This document shows positions 34,943-46,471 of a stretch of 47,018 bases of DNA, piece by piece. Under the pieces are notes generated by a model that had not been told where the DNA came from, did no database searches, and saw only the letters and a program-made list of their open reading frames with translations. Source of the DNA: Eremomyces bilateralis CBS 781.70 (taxonomy: Eukaryota); assembly GCA_010015585.1 (NCBI GenBank), contig ML975162.1; one strand, written 5' to 3'. The first letter of the stretch is position 1. Each line of letters opens with the position of its first letter. The position numbers and the translations under genes were made by a program.

Positions 34943-37900
34943 ATGGATAACCAAGCATTCGAAGGGTTCCAGATGGACTACACCTTCTCCGAACCTGATA
35001 CTTCAAGATTAACCCTAGCGGAGGAACACTATTATCTGAATCCAGAGGTTCAAAGTGATGCATATACAGCGCTTGGACCGAATTTCGACTTTCATTCGCA
35101 GCACCTTGCTCCCAACTTTTCAGATTTTCCTATTGTCCACGAAGGTGTCGTGCCCGCTGAAGAATATGAAAATGAGTACCCAGAAGATTTCCAGAATCAG
35201 GGAGATGAACGGACTGCATACGAAAGCTCCGATTCAGAAACATCGTCGGGAGTCGAAGATGAGATCCTGCCTGATTTCGATGCGAACGACCCGGTTGGGG
35301 ATCCAAACTACCCAAGTTCATCTGCCTCCGCCTCACCATCACCGGATGAGTCGGAAGAGTCTGAACGGGAAATTCAAGAGGCCATAGGAGGGCTCGCTCG
35401 AGGGAATAAGCGTGGCAGACCTGCGGGCCGTGGACGCTCCCGCGGTCGACCTCCAGGGGCAGGAAGGGGTCGAGGTCGAGGCCGAGGAGGCTGGCGAGCA
35501 GTTCTCAAGAAAAAAGCCGAAGAAGAAGGCTGGTCGGATGACGAACTGTTCCGGAAGCCTAAACGCCAGAAGAAGACGGAGAAGCCCCGTGGAAGACAGA
35601 AAGGCGTCAGGGCAGGACCTCGGAAGACTGCAGAACCCAGCATGGAATTTAGGCGACTGCAATCCATTGCAACGAAAGCCTATATCGACCAGAAATTCGA
35701 AATCGCCTTGAAATATGCCCGAGATGCGGTCAAGGAAAACCCGGAGATATACGCTGCGCACTCCTTGCTTAGCGAGATCCTTCGGCTCATGGGAAACAAG
35801 GCGGAGTCTGTTACGGTGCTGATAGCAGGAGCCCACACTGCTCGAGACCCCCAAATCTGGTTGGATGCCGCTGGAAGAGTACTTGAGCTAGCAGAGGACG
35901 ACAAGCCACGACAGAAGCAAGCGCTGTACTGTCTCAGCCAAGCGATCGGACTTGACCCCAACGCCATCGAACCGCGATGGGAAAAGGTGAAGCTGCTAGA
36001 AGAAATCGGCAAGAAGGGAAGCAAGACCATACAGAACGAATGTGTCATCATCCTCAAAACGCAACCACGTCACTGGGATGCGCTGGACACACTGGCTGAA
36101 ATTGCACTTCAAAACAATGAGATTCCCGAGGTGAAGAAGGCTATCAAGTTCTACGATGCAGCGTTTGAGAAGGCCATGAGTGAGGAAGAGGGGGAAGAGG
36201 AGGAGTTCAGCTTTGGACAGTTGAATAGCTACCTCGATCTAATTGAGCGTACTGGCGATTACATGGTTGCCATCTCGAAGCTCAAGAGTCTCTCGCGGTG
36301 GCTTGTTGACCGCGAAAATGAGACCTACTGGGACTGGGAGAAGACGGATGCAGAATGGGACATTGATGATAAGCGACGGAATCGAGTCAGAGAATTTGTT
36401 CCGGGCCAATATCCAAAGGACTCTTATGGAGAGTTACTTCCCATTGAACTTCGAGCTAAGCTTGGTATCTTCCGGCTTAAACTTGGACCGGAGTATCTGG
36501 ACGAAGCGATGCAACACTTCAGGCTGATCTTAGACTTCGGAGTCGATAAATATGGTTTGGATCCCGATCTTCAAGCTGTCTATGTGACGGTCGGGGACCT
36601 ACTGAAGCAAGAGGGAGATACGTTGAAAGAAGCCGAAAACATGTCAAAGGCGAAGGAGATGTTCGAAACTGCCGTCGACTTCTATGAGCGGGTGAACAAT
36701 CTTGACGAAGACCCAGATGCAAATCTGTTGACAAGCCTTGCCCACTGTTATAAGGCCACCGATCGTCTAGATGAAGCAGAGCAATGCTATCGGAGGAATC
36801 TCGACGTCATTGGCTACAGCATGCAGGCCCGGATCCAACTCTATGTGTTCTACACGGAAATCGAAGAGCGCGAAAAAGCTTCCCAAGTCATGGACGAGAT
36901 CGATAAGATGAGGGTTGCTCGTGATGGGGTACGCAAGAAGTATAGCGGCCCGTATCGACCAGCTTTACGGCCTCGTTTCATCCATAAGGGTATGCCCACT
37001 CGACAGAGACAACGCCGCACATTACGGCATGCCTCTAGAGAAGGCGCCAGCCCACCGCGTATTGTGATGGACCACCTCTGGAATAATCTCCGCGCCCTCC
37101 AAGCGCGCGTCGATGATAACGATCCGGACGCGATTGTCAGTTGGCTTGAAATCGCCGAAGCCTTGATTCAAGGCTTCCGATCTTGTGCGGACATGTGGCC
37201 GAGTCGAGACCGCATCAATCGCTTCGGGGGGTATTCACGTCAGTCACTAGAACTTCAAGGAAAGACGCCGTCGCAGGATGTGTTGAAAAGTCAAAGCGCC
37301 GCCATCAATGCAAAGAAGCAAAGACGAAGACCGATCACGTATTGGGGCACCGAGGGCCTTTGGAACTTCGCTGATCTGCACGCGGACTTCCATGGTGTTT
37401 CGTTCACCGACTGGGCGCATTTATTCTGTCAATACGCTCTTCTCCTAGCGAAGAGCGGGGAAATTGACGAAGCAAAGAATGCCTTTGAAGAAGTGGAGGA
37501 TGCAATCGTCTTCCATTTTGACGAGGATATCCAGCGTATCCGCAACGTCGCGTTGCTTTCATACAATCTATACATCAACGACGAAGAGGGCATCTTGAAC
37601 ACGGCTCGATGGTTTATCAAGACCAATCCCTATGGCCGGGAATTATACAAGATGATGGCCTGCGTTGCACGTCAGTACGTCGGGCGACGGACATGGTTCA
37701 GTTCCGGACCTACCCAGAAATTCGTCATGCGCATGGTCAAGATGCAAGACTTTGCCCTTCTTACCCCGGAGAACCGCGAAAAATACGACTTCTCCAATGC
37801 CGAGCGAGTTCGATGGCAGAGCATGATCGACGGGAATATGAACTCCGAGAAGCAGATAGGCGCCGACGCACTCCCGAAGCTGAAAGAGATCGACCCTTCC

Positions 37901-38383
37901 TTGTTGACGCTATACGCGCACACCCTCTCCGAGAATCGACACATTAGCGGGCTCCATTACTACTTCCGCGCGTACTGCCTCCGTCCCAACGACCCAGTCA
38001 TTAACCTCAGCATCGCCAGCAACTTTTTCCAGTCCTCGATCAAGCGGCGTTCGGACAACCGCCACTACCAGATCCTGCAAGGCATGGCGTTCATGCAACG
38101 ATACTACCAAATCAGGACCGCAGTCGGCGCACCCGCGATCCATCGACAGGAAGCGGAGTTCAACATCGGGAGGGCGTTCCATCAGTTCGGAATGTGGAGC
38201 ATGGCGATCCAGGCGTACCAGAAGAGTCTGGAGTTGGAGGAAGAGGTGCAGCGGGAGATGGCGGAGACGGATAGTACGGAGGAGTTCACGAAGGAAGCGG
38301 CGTTCTCGTTGGTACATATATTTGGGCTAACTGGGAACCTGGAATTGGCGAGGGAGATTACTGAGAAGTACCTTGTGATCTAA
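34943..38383 (+). CDS. TFC4: RNA polymerase III transcription factor TFIIIC subunit Tfc4/Sfc4 (TPR protein)
   Basis: Intronless ORF of about 1146 aa with an acidic and RG-rich N-terminus and multiple TPRs. Motifs LPIELRAKLGIFRL, YYFRAYxxxPNDPVINL, KRRSDNRHYQILQG, QEAEFNIGRAFHQ and the C-terminal LAREITEKYLVI. Confidence 0.9.
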   Translation: MDNQAFEGFQMDYTFSEPDTSRLTLAEEHYYLNPEVQSDAYTALGPNFDFHSQHLAPNFSDFPIVHEGVVPAEEYENEYPEDFQNQGDERTAYESSDSETSSGVEDEILPDFDANDPVGDPNYPSSSASASPSPDESEESEREIQEAIGGLARGNKRGRPAGRGRSRGRPPGAGRGRGRGRGGWRAVLKKKAEEEGWSDDELFRKPKRQKKTEKPRGRQKGVRAGPRKTAEPSMEFRRLQSIATKAYIDQKFEIALKYARDAVKENPEIYAAHSLLSEILRLMGNKAESVTVLIAGAHTARDPQIWLDAAGRVLELAEDDKPRQKQALYCLSQAIGLDPNAIEPRWEKVKLLEEIGKKGSKTIQNECVIILKTQPRHWDALDTLAEIALQNNEIPEVKKAIKFYDAAFEKAMSEEEGEEEEFSFGQLNSYLDLIERTGDYMVAISKLKSLSRWLVDRENETYWDWEKTDAEWDIDDKRRNRVREFVPGQYPKDSYGELLPIELRAKLGIFRLKLGPEYLDEAMQHFRLILDFGVDKYGLDPDLQAVYVTVGDLLKQEGDTLKEAENMSKAKEMFETAVDFYERVNNLDEDPDANLLTSLAHCYKATDRLDEAEQCYRRNLDVIGYSMQARIQLYVFYTEIEEREKASQVMDEIDKMRVARDGVRKKYSGPYRPALRPRFIHKGMPTRQRQRRTLRHASREGASPPRIVMDHLWNNLRALQARVDDNDPDAIVSWLEIAEALIQGFRSCADMWPSRDRINRFGGYSRQSLELQGKTPSQDVLKSQSAAINAKKQRRRPITYWGTEGLWNFADLHADFHGVSFTDWAHLFCQYALLLAKSGEIDEAKNAFEEVEDAIVFHFDEDIQRIRNVALLSYNLYINDEEGILNTARWFIKTNPYGRELYKMMACVARQYVGRRTWFSSGPTQKFVMRMVKMQDFALLTPENREKYDFSNAERVRWQSMIDGNMNSEKQIGADALPKLKEIDPSLLTLYAHTLSENRHISGLHYYFRAYCLRPNDPVINLSIASNFFQSSIKRRSDNRHYQILQGMAFMQRYYQIRTAVGAPAIHRQEAEFNIGRAFHQFGMWSMAIQAYQKSLELEEEVQREMAETDSTEEFTKEAAFSLVHIFGLTGNLELAREITEKYLVI

Positions 38384-38895
38384 ACCCGCATAGATACCCG
38401 ATCCCCCTGAGCAGTGTCGATATGCCATCCGCTTAGGAGCAGTATTCTACTGGTAGCTTGACTTATGAAGCATCATTAATATAACCCTTTCGTCCAATTC
38501 TGACCATTAAATGTGATTATGTGATATTTGAACCTAAGGTGATAGTTATGACATGATTAATATTAATATTGCTAGTCATCGGGTCATGTTCCCCTGAGAG
38601 AGACACATGTGGCGGGCTGGTGGGGTTGGCGCCAAGCCGATGATGCTACGTGCCACTGTGCCACATTTCTGGCTCTGTTGCTCAACATGGCCGAAGCTGG
38701 CAATCTCTCCACCACAGCATCGTCGTGAACCCTCACACCCCACGTTGACCTATCTCAACTTCCTATCCAATATCTCTGGCGCTGCAATTTGTGCGCGACA
38801 GGCTGGCTCCTCACCCTCCGGAGACACCCTCTACAATATTCCGCACTCCCCATTGTGCATATCCGTGAGGGTTTCTTCACCACCAGTCGCGTAGT

Positions 38896-41325
38896 ATGGA
38901 GGCCGCATCAGCCCGGATGGCCGACCGACTCGGCAGCTGGGCGCAGCCCGGAACCACGCAGTTACAGCGATCTATATGTACGTATAAAGCTGGAGGATAG
39001 GCGGTGGAATGCGATTTGGGGTCGAAACTGATCCGAACCTATTGTAGTGGATGCATGCGATCCCCAGAACTTCGAGCCGCACCTAGCTCTGAATCTTGAG
39101 ATATCGGATATGATCAATGCGAAAAAGGGCAATGCGTAAGGACCCCTCTTGTGTCGGACGCTATTGGCCAACCTGCGGATTTTATATTAGAGGCGTCGGA
39201 TTTCTTGTTGCGATGTCTTGCTGATCGTTTAAAGGCCTCGAGAGGCAGCAGTCGCGATTGTTCGGTATATCAATCACCGAAACCCCAACGTCTCGATGCT
39301 AGCACTGAACGTATGGAGTCCCTCTTCTCTCCCACGGATGAGCTCGGACGGCTGACGGTTTCCTCTCTAGCTCCTCGACATCTGCGTGAAGAATTGCGGA
39401 TATCCTTTCCATTTGCAGATCTCCACGAAAGACTTCCTTAATGAACTAGTCCGAAAATTCCCGGAGAAACCGCCCGTCCATCCCTCACGGTCCCAGCAAA
39501 AGATCTTGGAGCTCCTCGAAGAATGGCGATCGACGATTTGCCAAACGTCGCGATACAAGGAGGATCTCGGCTTCATCCGGGACATGCACCGCCTATTGAG
39601 CTACAAGGGGTATATATTCCCAGAGGTCCGGCGAGAAGATGCCGCGGTGCTGAATCCGAGCGACAACTTGCGGTCCGCCGAAGAAATGGAGGCCGAGGAA
39701 CGGGCAGCGCAGTCGGCAAAGCTACAGGAACTGATTCGGAGAGGGACGCCTCAGGATTTGCAGGAGGCCAATCGGTTGATGAAAATCATGGCTGGATATG
39801 ACACTCGGAATAAGACAGATTATAGGGCAAAGGCGGCGGAGGAGGTGGTGAAAGTGCAGCAAAAGGCCAAGCTACTCGAGGATATGCTCCAGGGCCATCA
39901 GAATGGGGATAAAATTACTGAGGGGGATGTGTTCGAAGTGAGTTAATTGCCCTACCCACCGCTAAGATTGCGCTGACCGGGTTATAGGAACTCGCAAATG
40001 CACTCATGAGTGCCCATCCGAAGATCCAGAAGATGTGTGAGGAAGAGTCGGATGACCACGAGGCGGTCGCAAAGCTACTAGAGATCAACGACAGCATCCA
40101 CCGGACAATAGAGCGATATCGTCTGGTTAAGAAAGGCGACTTGGACGCTGCCAACAAGATACCCAGGGGAACATTGGGAACGAGCGGAGCGGGGGTGAAG
40201 AAAGGTCCAGACAATGAGCTCTCGTTGATTGATCTTGGCGGACCGGAAGAGAGCAATCCGCTGGAAGCTGAGGGTTCGAGTTCGGTTCCCGCACCTCCTC
40301 CAAAAGCAGGGAATGCGTTAGAAGATGATCTCCTTGGATTATCAATAGGAGAGAGTGAACCCTTTGGCCAATCCGGGGGCATTTCTCTCGGCGTATCAAA
40401 CGGTTCTGGTAAGTATACCAGACATCAAAACCGCCATTACAAAAGCTAATGAACCACAGGCATGCCAGGACCCTCTACATCCGATACTACATCACAAACA
40501 GCAGCGCCCGTCACGAGTCCTCCTCCATCGTCTCAATATCAGCCGCCAAGACCTAACTACGATCCCTTCGGCCTTTCAGCCCCCTCAGCCCCTATCCAAC
40601 CACCATCCATTACACCTGCCATATCCCAAGCGCACCAACAACCCCTAACCAAACCTGCCGACCCCTTCGCCATCCTCAACCAACCCTCCCACACCCCCCG
40701 CCAAAACTCCCCCTTCCAATTCCAACAATCCCTCAAATCCTCCTCGCCCGCCCCCGTCTCCACCGCCTCCAGCACGCTCCTCGACATCGCCGGAAGCGCC
40801 TCCGCACCCGTCCCTGCACCGAGCACGGCGACCGCCGACGACGAATGGGAGTTCTCCTCCGCCCTCCCCGACCAAGCGGCCGACATCACCGTGACCAACA
40901 GCTTCCTCAACATCACCTGGAACGTGCGCCGCGATCCGTCCGCGCCCGACGTGGTGCTCATCCAGAGCCGCATATCGAACAATGAGGATAAAGCGATAAC
41001 GGGGTTGACGTTCCAGATAGCTGTGACGAAGGTAAGATACCCACCTCAACCAACCCCGATTCTCTTCTCCCTGTTTATATTATGTCCGCTTTTGATTGGA
41101 CAACTAAAACTAATACACAAGCAGAGCTACACCCTCCAACTCGAGAACCAAACCTCCCGCTCGCTCGCACCGCACCAGCAGAATGGCATCACGCAGACGA
41201 TCCGGCTGCACGGAGCAAAGCCGGGGCAAGCGGGCACGGTGCGCATGCGGTGGAAGGTATCATGCAACATTCTGGGCCAGACCAGGGAACAGACGGGCGA
41301 AGTGTCGAATCTTGGGATTTCATGA
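38896..41325 (+). CDS. GGA: GGA-type clathrin adaptor (VHS-GAT-GAE; 7 exons)
   Basis: VHS domain (DACDPQNFEPHLALNLEISDMINAKKGNAPREAA...LLDICVKNCGYPFHLQISTKDFLNELVRKFP), GAT (AQSAKLQELIRRGTPQDLQEANRLMKIMAGY), clathrin-box-like SLIDL and a C-terminal gamma-ear domain. Introns 38978-39047, 39136-39234, 39311-39370, 39938-39987, 40409-40459 and 41032-41124. Confidence 0.95.
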
Positions 41326-42021
41326 GGATAGCCACGGCACTCCACTCTTAGCGGGCAATTATAGGATCACCCTGGGACTTGGGGCGGGCGGGACGAGCGT
41401 TACGGGATGCTCCGGGGGTGGATTTGGCTTGCGGACGGTCGATGCAGGTATTCAGCCTTTGTAGAACTTGGCGGTGTGTGTAAGATCGTCGAGGGCGGAT
41501 GCAGATCACCTTGATGTGCGTTAGGGACAACCTCCCAAAACGGGTCATTTTCCATGAACTATTCCAAGCGGAAGAAATTTGACATGTTTCCTGTCTAGCC
41601 AGCGTATTCATCCCAGTCGGTTCACGTGCGGTTGATATTGAACTACAGTGTATTTCGACGGCCAGTGCTGATCGCCATGGACCTCGACTTCGGAACCAGT
41701 GCCGTGTAGATCTTCATTCGAGTCATCAATACATGGCTAAACTTACTGCCTGGTAGTATTTACGAAGCTCAAGCAATCCAAGAACAATGTCATATATCTT
41801 GTTGACGGTAAGATTACCGCTGATCCAAAGGCTTAAAATACAACCGAGATCGGACCCTGAACACAGTCGCATATCGCAACGCCAGGAGCGCCTGCTAACC
41901 ATCAAAGTTGCCCAAAGCCAAACCCATAAATAATCATGGCCACAACTTGACCAGAGACCGCCGTGTCCCATCGCTCGTGGTCCCTTTCTTCCTATCCCAG
42001 TGCCGACCGCCCACCTAGAGA

Positions 42022-42726
42022 TTACACCCCCTTAATCGCCACCGTTCTCTCACTCATCAACTTATCCCCATTCCGCTCATGACTCTCCTTCTTGCAATCC
42101 TCCAACCCGGGACAACTATGACTCTCCAACTGCCGATGCTTACTACAGAAGCTCCCCTTACAGAACCCGCAGTCCCCGACGATCCGCTGCGCAACGGTGC
42201 GGCAGGCGCCGTCTTTCCCGGCCTTGTAGGCGCAGACGGGCCCCTTCTTCGCAGCCATGCCACCGAGAAGCGGGAGAGCGAGGTGCAGGGTGGCGTCAGT
42301 GCGGATGTGGTAGTCGTGGAGGGTGGCGGTGGGATTAGCGAGGTGTCGGCCGGCGAAGACGAGGCGAGGGGCCGTGGTGAGGTGGGTGGTGTTGGTGCGG
42401 AGGGAGAGGAGGGTGGTAAGGTGGGAGATGGTGGTGGTGGAGGGGAGGGTGATGGGGAAGGCTGGGAGGGAGTTAGTTAGGGATTTGGTGAGGTAAGGGA
42501 AGGGCCGGAGGGAGTAGAGCGGTACAATGACCCGGTGGTGAGGCCGTTGATGCCGAGAGCAGCTCTACGTTCTGGATTCCAGGTAGGGGATGGGGTAGGA
42601 GGTGGGCAACTCACTGTTTCCGGCTAGGTTCTTCACGAAGATCTGTATCGAGTCGTCCGGGAGTGATGATGTTGAGGATTGCGAGGAGATGGAGGAGATG
42701 CTGTTGGAGCGGCTGATGGGACGCAT
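42022..42726 (-). CDS. Ubiquitin-like domain + AN1-type zinc finger fusion protein (2 exons)
   Basis: Intron 42462-42614 gives MRPISRSNSISSISSQSSTSSLPDDSIQIFVKNLAGNTFPITLPSTTTISHLTTLLSLRTNTTHLTTAPRLVFAGRHLANPTATLHDYHIRTDATLHLALPLLGG-MAAKKGPVC...C...CGFCKGSFCSKHRQLESHSC. The ORF track shows only the AN1 part. Confidence 0.88.
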
Positions 42727-45714
42727 TTTGAATGACGGAGGTGGGAAGATGATGTGATGACTGGATCGCGAGATGTGTCCGTGCCGGTGTTGGCGTCCGG
42801 TAGTGGTAGCGGCGATGACGAAAGTGTTGGAGCCGTAGCCTGCTTGGGGCGATGCCGGGGAGTGTTACAGGGACGGATGGTATCACGGTAGCCGGTAGTG
42901 GATGTATCGGCACGGGGGTGTGGTCGTGATAGCGTTCAAAGGGACCAGGGTCTGGGATGATATGGTCAAGAGATGGTGTTGTAGATATTATGAACTTGGG
43001 AAAATGGAAGAAAGGAAAAGAGGAAGACGGTTCCAGGTGATCGTGGGCAGCTGGGGTTTAAAACGAAACCGGAGATGGCGAGCCAAAGGGATGATGTGGC
43101 AATGGGGGGAAAGAGGCGGAAAAGCGGTCGTGTGGACTTCGGTGGTTGCGCAGACTGCAGTGCAGATTAGGTTGCGAGACTAACGGTGAGATGGGCCGGA
43201 TAGGATGGATGATCCTGGAATTCGATGGATTCTGACTTGAGATTGCGATGCCGTTGCCCGTTGGCGCTGCTTTGACGATGGCTTCTCCAGGGGCGGCTGG
43301 CTAAGAGGTTCGGCGGTTGATCTAATGGATGATGGAACAGGGTGTCAGGATAGGCTTTGTGTCTTGACTCTCGTGCCTCACGATTGTCTGAGACCACTAG
43401 ATGCGGAGTTAGAAGTGGAGCGGCGTTAATAATGAAGCAGAGTCCAGAATTCGGTATTATTGCTGCAGCGGTAATACGGTACGGCCCTCAATAATGACTA
43501 GACCATAACCACTCAAAATTGCAACACATCCGTCGTGAATGGATGATATGGATGGTAAAAAGGAACCCTTCCTCATAAACCAATTGAATGGGCCCCGTAA
43601 TCTTCTTCACTCTCATGTTTGGTTGAGGTACTTTTGGCCGGCCAATTCAGTTCACATTCACTAACTTTCGTCGTTTTTCTGTCAAGTTCCATGATCAATC
43701 AAGCTCCATGGTTTCACCACCCCAGCTTGGACGATTAAGCCTGGAGTGAATAGAGTGTGAATGTGGCATGTATGTGGCACAAACCGTTGGCTGTCCACTC
43801 TGCTACTTCTCATACTCCTGGACGAGTGGATACACGATGACCTTGGCTTCATCGGTATGATTGTGTGCCTCGCCTTGGGCTGCACGAATCACGATGTGGT
43901 CGTGGCATGAATGACTGGTATTTCGGTTCTGCCTCAGCCAGAACCTGCCCAAGTCATATTACCGTCACAGCGTTACTAGACGCTTTATCTTTGACGACGC
44001 ATCACATTGAGTATGGCTTTGTACAAATTCAATGAATCTAGCTTTGCATACCCTATCTATTGAAATCGATCCGTTGATTCCGTATTACCTCTTAATACAT
44101 CTCACCTTCCATGGATCCCACCTCTAACACCATCCACCCCAGGATTCCGCCATGCCCGGCCACCTGCATCCAGCCGATGGCCCAGATTTCCTAAAAGCCT
44201 CCCCGTCCGATCTTGTCCTCCTGCACGTCGCAGAGTTTCGTGCAGGCCGCACCACATGACACCAGACGCTGGGCTGATTTTCACGCGCTCCTGCACTTCA
44301 GGAACACGATGCACATTCGCCCCACCCTCGCCTGGGGTGGGAACGGCAGCTGTCTGCATGAGGAGCGCGCCCGGATGTCTGGTTCGTGGACTGGGGCTCG
44401 TGAGGTGCAGATGTCAGATGTGTGCATGGACGAGGTGTGTTGGCGTGCTGATATCGAACACCGAAGTAAGGGCATCGGTGTCAATAGAGGTGTTCGTTGA
44501 ATGTTAGGGGTGAGATCTTACGATTCTAACAAAGCTAATTGAGTCTCCCAACCGAGTTACCGATTACGGCAATGGCGCAATTACACAATATCAGTTGATG
44601 TTGTGGCACCTGAGGATCGCCTCCCACGATCATGTACGACCTCGGTCTGATATTACGGTAGGTGGCATATCCGGAGAAGATTTTGCCTTTGTCAACATCG
44701 GACGGGGTTGCGAATGCTTCAGGTCCTAGTATCATTTCTAAGATCATCTAGTACATACATCCATCCACATGAGTTTGCATACTAGTATGGTTCTAGCCCA
44801 CGGTATCAATGACTACCTAGTGCCTGCAGCCAAACTGGATGCCAATTACCTGCTCGGTAATGCGGCATCCAGCGGGATGTAGCATGCTTCGACATATCGC
44901 TCTTTGCATTCGAGTATTGCTTGTGCTGTATCCAGCCCACGCCGTACAACCCCATCTCGTCTCTGCTACCGATTGCTGGATACACGATGCATGTGGATAC
45001 ATAGTATGTTACATCGATTAGCAACCCGTCCACTTTTCTCCTCAATCACCGTTCCTGTCAGTTGACTGTTGAGGTCTCCACATATTATCCGTGATGGATT
45101 GATCAGGTCCAACTTGGTCTTTGGAGCTGCAAATCGTCCGACACTCCGGATCGCTATTCATGGTTCCAAACTTCCAATAGTTTCATGGACGGTGTTGGTG
45201 TGGGTCGTTGGTTGCGTTGATCATACCCTCACGCAGCGATTTGTGATAACCGCAGTTAGCGGGAGGATTGCTAATCATAGCAGCGGCCAGCAATCATTCA
45301 TCAACATCGATGTTGCATTAATCAGATCGCTGTTAGGCACTCATCCCTAATATCCATGGAATGCTGGGAGAGGAGAGCACACCATTTTAACTGTGCTCAC
45401 ATATTTTATATCCTGCCTATTTGTACTTCTGAATGACCTTGGATGGGAAGTCTTAGTAGAATTGAAGGTTGATTCCATTCTACTTGATATTCACAGAAAG
45501 TCGGGTGCTCCAAACCTCCGAACCCATTGATAAATCTACCCTTGCTTCATTCTAAATTTCCATCCGACTCATCTGATTCGCTACAGTGCCTATGGATCCA
45601 TTAGACTCTGATATGCAGTGTGCACGAAGTGCGTGAGGAGCATCTCTTAACCTTGGCCCGAACGGATACAGGAACCCAACATCAACATCAACATCATCTC
45701 AAGTCAGCGTAACC

Positions 45715-46321
45715 ATGGAATTCAATTTCCTGCAGTGGATTAGCCAACGGAAACTATTAGCCGCTCCTATTGTTGTGTTCATTCTCCTTTTGACCTTGAC
45801 CGAGTTGAATTCTCGCGACGCCCTCCATAAGACACCTATCTCCACAATGGGCGTCACTCACATCGTACTCTTTCAGTTCAAATCGACTGCCAGCGCCGAG
45901 GCGATCACCGATGTACGTGTCTATCCCGAAAGCCAAGGGACTAGAATCTTACGGAGTTGTGATCGTTCAGGTCTCTCGTGGATTTCTTGCGTTAAAAGAC
46001 GGCTGCGTCCACCCAACGTCTCAGAAGCCGTATATCAAATCCGTTTCTGGTGGTATAGAAAATTCGACAGAAGGACTCCAGGTACGCCCGGTCTGCTCCG
46101 TAGTGTTTAGCCGTAGAAGCATTCCTATCAAGCTCTATTTCCATTCTGACAGGTTCATGTAGAATGGCATCACGCATGCATTTGTTGTAGAATTTGAGAG
46201 CGTCAAGGACAGAGATTACTACGTCAGTAATGATCCCGCCCATGGCAAATTCAAGGAGACGCTTGGGCAGGTTCTTGAAAAGGCGCAAGTCATTGATTTT
46301 ACTGATGGGACATTTACTTAA
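45715..46321 (+). CDS. Stress-responsive A/B barrel (Dabb) domain protein (3 exons)
   Basis: Introns 45913-45970 and 46082-46162 give MGVTHIVLFQFK...FLALKDGCVHPTSQKPYIKSVSGGIENSTEGLQNGITHAFVVEFESVKDRDYYVSNDPAHGKFK...AQVIDFTDGTFT*. The core domain starts at ATG 45847; the in-frame ATG 45715 adds a hydrophobic leader. Confidence 0.9.
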
Positions 46322-46471
46322 GCTGTAATGGGTTGGACGTTATTCTCCTGCTGTCATGGTAGCATTATACTCTGGATTCCCCAATATTAAATTCATCTAG
46401 TTCGATTTCCTGACAAGTGGCACATTTCTAATCCGTGCCATAGGGTATCTTGTATATAGACACCATCCGCT

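Noticed and set aside
42727..42864. 46 open codons upstream of the UBL-AN1 ATG (…HHIIFPPPSFK) as a non-AUG extension
   Set aside because: Closed by TAA at 42865-42867, with no in-frame ATG/CTG/GTG/TTG/ACG; openness is expected in C-rich sequence.
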